Source: Tubiluchus corallicola (taxonomy: Eukaryota > Animalia > Priapulida). Taken from it: DNA of 19,352 nucleotides. The notes under the pieces were generated by a model. It was given only the letters and a program-made list of their open reading frames with translations, ran no database searches and had not been told where the DNA came from. This document shows, piece after piece, positions 10,273-19,352 of this stretch. A program made the translations under genes and the position numbers. The DNA is taken from contig JAQGDQ010000458.1 of assembly GCA_030141605.1 (NCBI GenBank), positions 163,920 through 183,271 on the forward strand, in the 5' to 3' direction. Position 1 is the stretch's first letter, and each line of letters opens with the position of its first letter.

Positions 10273-10913
10273 TGCGGGATGCCCACACTGTATCTCGAAA
10301 CTAGGCGAAGGAGCTGCACAAGCAGCCAATGGCTAGAGGGCGAAGAAGGTCACGTGACCCAATGTGTAGAGGGGTAAACCTTCCAAATCAGGAGTGCAGC
10401 CCCGAAGGCGGAACAGTGCAGCATGCTCACTGACTCCGGCAGCTCCTGCAGCCAACCTGGTGCCAAACGTATCGCTCCGCTTTCTTTTGGACTACACCAG
10501 GGAGGAAGAGAGGGGGTTCCTGTTGTCTGCGCAACTCAGGATCTCCATACACCTTGCCCAGGCGTGCGCCCTGGAGACGTTCAAGGATCGCGCTGCTCAG
10601 CCACAGTCGACGCTGCAGCTCCTTCAATGTGATCAATAACTGACTCTCTTGGCGCACACTCCATTGTCTTCCGAGACAGAAGGATGCCAACAACAACCCA
10701 CTACTGCTCAGCCACAGTCGATGCTGCAGCTCCATCAATGTGATCAATAACTGACTCTCTTGGCGCACACTCCATTGTCTTCCGAGACAGAAGGATGCCA
10801 ACAACAACCCACTACTGCTCAGCCACAGTCGACGCTGCAGCTCCTTCAATGTGATCAATAACTGACTCTCTTGGCGCACACTCCATTGTCTTCCGAGACA
10901 GAAGGATGCCAAC
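10155..10913 (+). mobile_element. 5S rRNA-derived SINE (SINE3) with RTE-derived body and 3' tail; tail present three times
   Basis: Near full-length 5S head without an oligo-T terminator, GC-rich body, then SRIALLSHSRRCSSFNVINN* (RTE ORF C-terminal motif) and CCATTGTCTTCCGAGACAGAAGGATGCC(AAC)n. Candidate TSD CGTACATTT / CGTACGTTT. Confidence 0.85.
10593..10913 (+). repeat. 111-bp tandem repeat, ~2.9 copies, equal to the RTE-like 3' tail
   Basis: CTGCTCAGCCACAGTCG starts at 10593, 10704 and 10815. Confidence 0.95.
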
Positions 10914-11046
10914 CACGTACGTTTCGGGTAGAACTAGGCAGCTCGATAAATGCGTTGATTTTTCTTGGGTTTTACGGCTAACATATTTGCCAGACTGAGA
11001 CAATTGTTTCTGAGATAAGCAGCGTCAGTGATTCCTCTTCACCAGC

Positions 11047-11443
11047 CAATAAGCTTTTTCAGAGTTCCAGCGATTGATGATGATTGTACAAAGGTCAAAG
11101 GTTAAGTGCACCAGACCACGCATTTGTGTACACTTGACAACACCTCGCAGCCCATGCTATTGTAATAGTAACAGTTTTAACAGCTAGCTAGAACCTTACC
11201 TAGTTCATTTTTTCTTGTTCCCAAGCAAAGATCCTGTTAGTAAATCACTCTACCCACAGACTAATGCGTAATTAAGTAAAATCCACGTAAAAAACTGAAG
11301 TTACTAAACTGGTGTGGCAGATGGCTTTGCTTTACATACATGTCACGTGACGGTTGTAATTAAGACACATTGCTGTGGTACACTTAACCTTTGACCCACA
11401 GCATCTGCACATGCGCACTACTTAACTGTGAAAAGTCTTATTG
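11047..11443. mobile_element. MITE with terminal and internal inverted repeats
   Basis: CAATAAGCTTTTTCAGAGTT / AACTGTGAAAAGTCTTATTG imperfect TIRs. Internal IR GGTCAAAGGTTAAGTGCACCA (11093-11113) / TGGTACACTTAACCTTTGACC (11376-11396). Confidence 0.7.
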
Positions 11444-11578
11444 TTGAAAGGTTTAGTATTTTTAAATGCGTCTTCCCTAGAAACTTCTTAAGACCTTAAG
11501 ACTGCTGACACTGCATCCAGAAACAAGAATGCTTCCGCCGGGAAAGTCGTTGTTTTATCTAGTTTTCTGTGTTTTTAG

Positions 11579-11682
11579 GGATTTGTAACAATACTTGACA
11601 AGGGTACTTCGTTGTTTCTCAACTTGGAGTGCGGTATATTTGTGTATTTAATGGTATACATGTCTCGAACGGGAAAATTTAG
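11579..11682 (+). CDS. Coding exon 8: GFVTILDKGTSLFLNLECGIFVYLMVYMSRTGKF(S)
   Basis: Acceptor ttctgtgtttttag|, donor AG|gtaagt. 104 nt, phase 0 to 2, TM helix. Confidence 0.9.
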
Positions 11683-11788
11683 GTAAGTTTCAATGTATTC
11701 AAACTGTAAACATACATTTGCTAGTGTAAATGGACATCTCAACTCTCCTGATTTGATCAAGAGAGTCTGGGATATGTTAGGTTAGTAA

Positions 11789-12222
11789 CTTCTCTCTCTT
11801 TCTCTGTCTCTTTCCCGCCTCTTTCCCCAACGTGCTCTCACCCAGAGTCTTTCCTCTCCTTCTCTGTCTCTCTCTTCTCTTTTTCTCTCTTTTTATCTCC
11901 ATCTCTTTTTCTCTCTATTTTTCTCTTCCTCTCTTTTTCTCTCCCTTTCATTTTTCCTTCTTCTTTTTTTCTCTTTCTTTTTCCCTCCCTTTCATTTTCT
12001 CTTCTTTCTCTCTCTTTTTCTCTTTCTTTCTTTTTCTCTGCCTTTCATTTTCTCTTCCTCTCTTTTTCTCTCCCTTTCATTTTTTCTTCCTCTTTTTCTC
12101 TTTCTTCTTCCCTCCCTTTCATTTTCTCTTCCTCTCTCTCTCTCTGTTTTCTCTTTCTTTTTCTCTGCATTTCATTTTCTCTGCCTCTCTTTTTCTCTCG
12201 CTCTCTTTTTCTCTCCCTCTCT
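11789..12222. repeat. CT-rich low-complexity tract
   Basis: Nearly pure pyrimidine, with recurring ctccctttcattttc motifs. Confidence 0.9.
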
Positions 12223-12552
12223 ATGTCTAACCTACAATTAGAGGTACAATTTCTATGCAGATATTGTGCAAGGTTACTAATTGGATGTATGTGTATAAAT
12301 TGTACTGCTAAAAAAATTATAATTAAAAACTCTCTCCTTCCGCATAGGAATGCAAACTCAAGCAGCAGGCAAACTGAAAAACGAAAACTATGGCAACATT
12401 TTACAAGAAATGGTCTAGAACTTGTTGTGTTTGTGCATCGTTCTGTGTGTCCTCCAGCTTAAGAACACAATATTCTTGCTTCTGCTGCAAACATAAATTG
12501 CCGTGTAGATGAGTTTACAACTCTAATCATTGATATGTAATATGATGTATAA

Positions 12553-12967
12553 CAGGGGCGGAACTAGGGGGGGCACCCCCCTTGTCAAAATTTGCGCCCC
12601 CCCCCCCCCTGCAAAATCGGACAAATAATTTTTTTTGCAGTGAAAATTTCAGTTCGCATGTAATCATTTTCAATATGAATTTGAATTAGGTAAAAAATGT
12701 TTGGTAGCTTCAGTGTATTATTTTCTTAAAACTTGTGTGTGATAAATTTCTGTAAATAACAATTTAGTTAGAGGCACATTAATAACGTTAGGTTAACTGA
12801 GAGTTAATTTTCTCATTATTGCTCTGTCCGCTATGCCGTCCTACACACATGCTAATTATAGGCCTGCATGCAGTATAAAAGGGGTTAAAAATTGGCTTAA
12901 CCATTAGTTAACCACTTCGGATACCTCGCCTCCCCCCCCCCCAGAAAATTTTTGCGCCCCCCCCCCT
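12553..12967. mobile_element. Possible hAT-like non-autonomous fragment
   Basis: CAGGGGCGGAACTAGGGGGGG start and two AAAATTT(TT)GCGCCCCCCCC motifs; no right TIR found. Confidence 0.35.
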
Positions 12968-13073
12968 AACAGTAAGCCTAACAAATATTTTCTGGGTGCA
13001 TTTATGTTAAAACAACGAGCACGTGTGCGGAAGTAGTTCGTACTAACTCTTGACACGTTCATTTGTTTTTCAG

Positions 13074-13215
13074 TGACGTGTCCATACCCGCGCCGACGTC
13101 GAAGTGTTTGTACTACGGACATTACGTAACCCTGCTCTATTTCTCATTTGCCGTTGTTTACGATGTCGTATCGACGTGTTACCACATAATTATGAAGAAA
13201 GAACTTCTCTTTTGA
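13074..13215 (+). CDS. Terminal coding exon 9: (S)DVSIPAPTSKCLYYGHYVTLLYFSFAVVYDVVSTCYHIIMKKELLF*
   Basis: Consensus branch point TACTAAC at 13041-13047, acceptor tttgtttttcag|, phase 2 start, last TM helix, stop TGA at 13213-13215. Confidence 0.88.
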
Positions 13216-14440
13216 TCTTACTCGTCTCGACGTAACAAAAATCGTTTTACTTGACCGTTATTTTTACAACGATTTTAAATTCAGTAAAAAATTATGTATT
13301 AGTTTAAATGTAGCTTGAGTACTTACATAATCTTGGAACTGAAGTCGCCATAATTGTGGTACATTTGTTAATTTATGAAACTAAATTTTTTTACTACTGT
13401 CTTAATAATATACAGTAAACACCTATCAATGTATTCATTATTATCGCGATCGGTTATTGTGTCTATTGTAATTTTATTAAATGTTTTGAAGTATTAATGT
13501 TGATTATTTCCAGATCTTTTGAAGTATTTCGATTTGTTAAGATTTTGGATTTAATCGGGTTCAATTTAAGTTTCAAATTTCCTTTCATTTTGCTTTGGTA
13601 CGTTGTCGTAATGTTTATTCTTTTTCTAGTCAAAACTGCATTTATATATGTAGTATCACAAAAAGTCGTGCACATGTAGTCGTTTGAGTATCTGTACTAA
13701 GGGGCGTGTTAACCAGTAAGCTAACTAGGCTATAGTCTAGGGCACCAGTGCTTGAGGGGAGTCACATTTTACAAAAAATTCTCATTCTCCTTCAGTGAAT
13801 GTGTATACTTTCATATTCATGTAAAGGGGCACATTTTATAACACACCACAAGAAGTTATGGAATCCATCTGTTATATAAGTGACACAGGGTGCAATACAA
13901 TAAGCCTGCTTGAATATAAGCGCTATGCGAATACATGTAATTAATAACGACCATGTAGAAACTGGGTTAATAGTGTTTCTAATACACCACAAGCAGTTGT
14001 TTAACGTGCTTATTACATAAGCGACCATAAATTCACAATGTGGTAAAGTCTTGTTACGCCTCTATCTATAGTTACATGTGTTTATGTAAAGTACATTGTT
14101 AGTTGTGGCATCTAATCAAAAACAGTGATGGTTGATGTAATGTGACTGAAGATGTTTAAAAGGGAAAAAAGGAAAATTTTAAAGTGTTCCCAAAAACTTT
14201 CCATAGAATGTTACGTTACTTAGCATTGCGTTTATCTGTTTAAAAGAAAATTCTTAATAATTTAAAATGTTCCTGCCAACTCGTGAAACGTGACTGTGTA
14301 GCCATCCCAGTGTGCATCACTGATTCACCAAAAATACATTATTGATCTTATTGACAATATAAAGTAATTAATACTTTTGCTTAGTGAAGGGTGTGGTACG
14401 AACGCTCTGATTATTTTTTCAAACTTTATGCAATGTTATC

Positions 14441-15430
14441 TAAACTTGTTTCAAACGACTTACCATAAAAATAGCTGCGCCTAACGGTCATCGCGGGTAG
14501 TTAAATTTACAGGTTTTGCACAGAGCTACTGTTAACGCAAATCCTGTACGCAATAAGATGGCATGTAAGTGATATAACATAAACGACTTGTTTTAAACAA
14601 CTTACCATAAAAATGGCTGCGCCTAACGGTCATCGCGGGAAGTTAAATTTACAGGTTTTATACAGAGCTACTGTTAACGCAAATCCTGTACGCAATAAGA
14701 TGGCATGTAAGTGATATAAAATAAACGACTTGTTTTAAACAACTTACCATAAAAATGGCTGCGCCTAACGGTCATCGCGGAAAGTTAAATTTACAGGTTT
14801 TGCACAGAGCTACTGTTAACGCAAATCCTGTACGCAATAAGATGGCATGTAAGTGATATAACATAAACGACTTGTTTTAAACAACTTACCATAAAAATGG
14901 CTGCGCCTAACGGTCATCGCGGGAAGTTAAATTTCCAGGTTTTATACAGAGCTACTGTTAACGCAAATCCTGTACGCAATAAGATGGCTTGTAAGTGATA
15001 TAAAAGAAACGACTTGTTTTAAACAACTTACCATAAAAATGGCTGCGCCTAACGGTCATCGCGGAAAGTTAAATTTGCAGGTTTTATGCAGAGCTACTGT
15101 TAACGCAAATCCTGTACGCAATAAGACGGCATGTAAGCAACATAAAATAAACGACTTGCTTCAAACGACTTACCATAAAAATGGCTGCACCTAACGGTCA
15201 TCGCGGGAAGTTAAATTTACAGGTTTTATACAGAGCTACTGTTAACGCAAATCCTGTACGCAATAAGATGGCATGTAAGTGATATAAAATAAACGACTTG
15301 TTTTAAACAACTTACCATAAAAATGGCTGCACCTAACGGTCATCGCGGGAAGTTAAATTTCCAGGTTTTATACAGAGCTACTGTTAACGCAAAACCTGTA
15401 TGCAATAAGACGGCATGTAAGTGATATAAA
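14441..15430. repeat. Satellite-like tandem array, 142-bp unit, ~7 copies
   Basis: AAACGACTTG recurs at 14581, 14723, 14865, 15007, 15149 and 15291, an exact 142-bp period. Confidence 0.95.
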
Positions 15431-15960
15431 ATTTGAAGGCGAATTTGTTAAAGTTTATTATTTATGAAGAATATTTTCTTGTGCTTTGACTTCATTGATG
15501 CATCCGTTAGTATCTCAACCGGTCAAAAACAAAGATGGCTACCGTAACTGAAGACTTTTAGTATTCCTTTATCAACTTGATCAACTTGACGTCCGTATTG
15601 TTGTCTGCATAATCTTGTCCATGTTGTAAATTCATTACATGTAATTAGTATCAAACAATCATGACATTTCAATGACAATTTTAAGTTATAATAAGCAAGC
15701 CACATGTCTGACATTATGCAATTTTTTTTATTTTATTTAATCTACAGTATTACTATTAAAGAATAGGTTCCAGTCTCTGACTCTCTTTTTACAATTTGCA
15801 AAATCCCTGCAAGGTAGTATCTGTCACTCAATAGCAGAGCTTATTGTTGTTGAGGGTGTGGTGGGACTGGGATGCAGCTCGCCCCGGGGAGTTTGATAAC
15901 TGCAATGTCTTAGCTAAGATCAAATGCATACGTCATCTCTCAATGAAAGCAGTTGACGGG

Positions 15961-16039
15961 AAAGCTGCCGAAGCTGTTTTCTAAATAGTCAACCATCCAG
16001 TTATTACTCGGGCCTAAGTGTTACTTAATTTTGGCAATC
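15961..16039 (-). pseudogene. Highly decayed 5S-like fragment
   Basis: gtcaaccatccagttattactcgggcctaagtgttacttaattttggcaatc parallels the 5S reverse complement gtcacccatccaagtactaac...gttgcttaacttcggtgatc. Confidence 0.5.
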
Positions 16040-16716
16040 ATTAATCAGGCAATTCAGGCATTTTTCTTGCCATTGGACATTAATGTCATACTGTGTATTT
16101 TTTGTTATGATTATGTATAATTAAATTACGTTAACAAAATCAATAAAATTATACTGCTCTAAAGCAACATTGATAATTTCATGCCATTTTCCTACCACCT
16201 AATAATTAAGACATGCTAAAAATGTATGGAGTCGTATAACGTGAAATAAAAGTTACTAATGTACATGTTTTAACATGTTAGTAACAATGTTACATAAAAT
16301 TACACGATTTCGTATTTTGTGTAAAACTGTGATAAACTCATGAGACACAAGTACCTTGTTATTTTAGATTTATTAGAAAATCCCTTTTACATTCCGGTTT
16401 TATCAGTTGCTCATTATACAGTTGCATAATTATATATGTTTAATTAAGTAGATATTATTACAATCATTCGGTGTTTAAATGTTTAGCTTCTTGTACAAAA
16501 AATCAATACGCTTGATTATGATGAGATGATGTAATAACTCTTTCTTGTCTCGTTGTAGTTTACCTTGTTTTTGTGATGATGTAAAGTAATCAAAATTTAT
16601 GATTTAATAAATTATTATTACACAGTACATTTCACGTACACATTTGTGCATTTCTGTAAGAGATTATTATTATTGTTTTAAAAATCTTTATTGAAAATGA
16701 TACAGTAATATCTGTA

Positions 16717-16889
16717 AGAGAGAGAAAGAGAGAAGAGAGAGAGGGGGAGAGAAAGGAGAGGGGTAGAGAGAGAGAGAGGAGAGGAGAGAGAAAAAGGGGG
16801 AGAGAGGGGTAGAGAGAGAAAGGAGAGGGGTAGAGGCAGAGAAAGAGGGGAGATGGAGAGAGAGAGAGAGAGAGAGACACAGAAAGAGA
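16717..16889. repeat. GA-rich low-complexity tract
   Basis: (GA)n and GGAGAG runs. Confidence 0.9.
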
Positions 16890-16924
16890 ACAGCAGTTTT
16901 TATGAATGCCATTGCTCATCGAGC

Positions 16925-17090
16925 TAGTAATAGTAGTAGCAGTAGTGGTAGTAGTAGTAGTAGTAGTAGCAGTACTAGTGGTAGTAGTAGCAGTAGTAGT
17001 ACTAGTAGTAGCAGTAGTAGTAGTGGTAGTAGTAGTAGCAGTAGTAGTAGTAGTAGTAGTAGTAGCAGTAGTAGTAGTAGTAGTAATAGT

Positions 17091-17132
<42 letters not shown>

Positions 17133-17143
17133 TGTTGTTGTTG
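16925..17143. repeat. Compound trinucleotide microsatellite (TAG)n(CAG)n(TTG)n
   Basis: Read directly from the sequence. Confidence 0.95.
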
Positions 17144-17744
17144 ACTGTAACAATAATCATAAGTTGAGCATTTATAACAATTTTACGATCAAAAATACAG
17201 TACTGAACATACACCAGTTTCACGCATTTATCAAGCAAATAAGTACTAAACACCAAAATATCTACCTCTCCACCCTCCCATTCTACAACCGTTCAAAGTA
17301 TTTTGTAGCAAATGACTAGCAGCTAAAACGTAATTTAATGCAGTTCTGACGTGCATGCTTAGAATTAAGCTCTCATTTGACAGCCCGTTGACAAGTGTAA
17401 ATAAATACTTCTCATTCAATGCGACCCAATTTTGAACTATGTATGGAATATTGAAAGCAAATATAATTATTTTTAAACGTGAGAGAATTGTTAACACGAA
17501 GTGAAACTTGACACTCGCTACTTGGAAGGATACAGTGCTCACATATACAGAAAAGCAGGCTATGCACTTCTCAGTTCAGTTGTGACGTAGTACATACGTT
17601 CGAGAGCTCATGCGTAAGAGCAGCGGTAGACTTGAAATTTAAATTTTTAACATTAAAATTTGCTGAGTTTTTGTATATCACACTGAATGTTATAGCACTG
17701 TACTTCAATTTTCGTTTTTAGAAACTCGCTTGTGGAATGTTTGT

Positions 17745-19352
17745 GCTGTTATGTTTGTTATCTTATGTTATGTTATGTTATTTTATTGGTTATGTTATGT
17801 TATGTTATGGTATGTTTTGTTTTTATTTTATTTATGTTTTGTTCTGTTTGTTATGTTTCTTCACTTATTTTTGTTTTCTTGATCTGAAATGTTCAGTGCA
17901 TTATTTGTTGTATTTTATCATGTGCCACATATTTTTAATATGCTTTGTATTTTATGTTAAGTTATGTTATGTTATGTTATGTTATGTTATGTTATGTTAT
18001 GTTATGTTATGTTATGTTATGTTATGTTATGTTATGTTATGTTATGTTATGTCATGTCATATTATGCTTTGTATTTTATGTTATGTTGTGTATGTTATGT
18101 TATGTTATGTTATGTTATGTTATGTTATGTTATGTTATGTTATGTTATGTTATGTTAACGTATTTTTGTTATGCTTTGTATTTTATGTTAAGTTATGTTA
18201 TGTATGTTATGTTAACATATTTTTGTTATGCTTTGTATTTTATGTTATGTTGTGTATGTTATGTTATGTTATGTTATGTTATGTTATGTTATGTTATGTT
18301 ATGTTATGTTATGTTATGTTATGTTATGTTATGTTATGTTAACGTATTTTTGTTATGCTTTGTATTCTATGTTATGTTATGTTATATATGTTATGTTATG
18401 TTATGTTATGTCATGTCATATTATGCTTTGTATTTTATGTTATGTTGTGTATGTTATGTTATGTTATGTTATGTTATGTTATGTTATGTTATGTTATGTT
18501 ATGTTATGTTATGTTATGTTATGTTATGTTATGTTATGTTATGTTATGTTATGTTATGTTATGTTAACGTATTTTTGTTATGCTTTGTATTTTATGTTAA
18601 GTTATGTTATGTATGTTATGTTAATATATTTTTGTTATGCTTTGTATTTTATGTTATGTTGTGTATGTTATGTTATGTTATGTTATGTTATGTTATGTTA
18701 TGTTAACGTATTTTTGTTATGCTTTGTATTTTATGTTATATATGTTATGTTATGTTAACATATTTTTGTTATGCTTTGTATTTCATGTTATGTTGTGTAT
18801 GTTATGTTATGTTATGTTATGTTATGTTATGTTATGTTATGTTATGTTATGTTATGTTATGTTATGTTATGTTATGTTATGTTATGTTATGTTATGTTAT
18901 GTTATGTTATGTTATATTTTATTATGTTAACGTATTTTTGTTTTTTGTATTCTATGTTATGTTATGTTATATATGTTATGTTATGTTATGTTATGTCATG
19001 TCATATTATGCTTTGTATTTTATGTTATGTTGTGTATGTTATGTTATGTTATGTTATGTTATGTTATGTTATGTTATGTTATGTTATGTTATGTTATGTT
19101 ATGTTATGTTATGTTATGTTATGTTATGTTATGTTATGTTATGTTATGTTAACGTATTTTTGTTATGCTTTGTATTTTATGTTAAGTTATGTTATGTATG
19201 TTATGTTAATATATTTTTGTTATGCTTTGTATTTTATGTTATGTTGTGTATGTTATGTTATGTTATGTTATGTTATGTTATGTTATGTTAACGTATTTTT
19301 GTTATGCTTTGTATTTTATGTTATATATGTTATGTTATGTTAACATATTTTT
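17745..19352. repeat. Compound (TTATG)n array running off the window end; same family as 7860-8719
   Basis: Same leader at 17857-17965 and the same punctuating motifs. Confidence 0.95.

Noticed and set aside
10273-10345. HDV-like ribozyme at the start of the RTE-like body (known from some RTE 5' UTRs)
   Set aside because: A P4-like hairpin (GCTGC-ACAA-GCAGC) and a CCAAT are present, but I could not build consistent P2/P3/L3 elements by eye. A descriptor search on the family consensus is needed.
13514-13679. Alternative terminal exon (tttccag|ATCTTTTGAAG..., phase compatible)
   Set aside because: The 13074 exon has a perfect branch point, a stronger pyrimidine tract and a more convincing TM end. 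This AT-rich stretch is more likely 3' UTR, though RNA-seq could test it.
14441-15430. Ribozyme-bearing (retrozyme-like) tandem repeat
   Set aside because: No hammerhead core (CTGANGA...GAAA) on either strand of the 142-bp unit.
16632-17319. Poly-Thr/Ser/Val/Ala ORFs, and the Phe/Leu/Ser ORF at 11832-12230
   Set aside because: They are trinucleotide and CT/GA low-complexity tracts with no splice or coding support.

Overview
AT-rich, repeat-dense animal genomic DNA. The 5S-derived sequence looks lophotrochozoan/mollusc-like; this is an inference. The window holds the 3' part of one spliced + strand gene, reconstructed by hand as 9 coding exons: 141-240, 1908-2031, 4021-4161, 6120-6162, 7702-7816, 9116-9221, 10043-10112, 11579-11682 and 13074-13215. 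All introns are GT-AG with matching phases, giving 945 nt (314 aa plus stop) of a multi-pass membrane protein resembling amino-acid permeases; the 5' exons lie upstream of the window. Introns and downstream DNA are packed with mobile-element relics: a 5S-rRNA-headed SINE built from RTE 5' and 3' parts (one long copy with a triplicated tail, one inverted truncated copy), a tRNA-derived SINE, two independent solo LTRs, two LINE 3' ends (one carrying a TTAGGG-containing 92-bp minisatellite and bounded by a 12-bp TSD), several MITEs, a 142-bp satellite array inside a dispersed element, and two related compound (TTATG)n arrays. Almost all ORFs in the supplied track are repeat artefacts. No prokaryotic-type system or CRISPR array is present.
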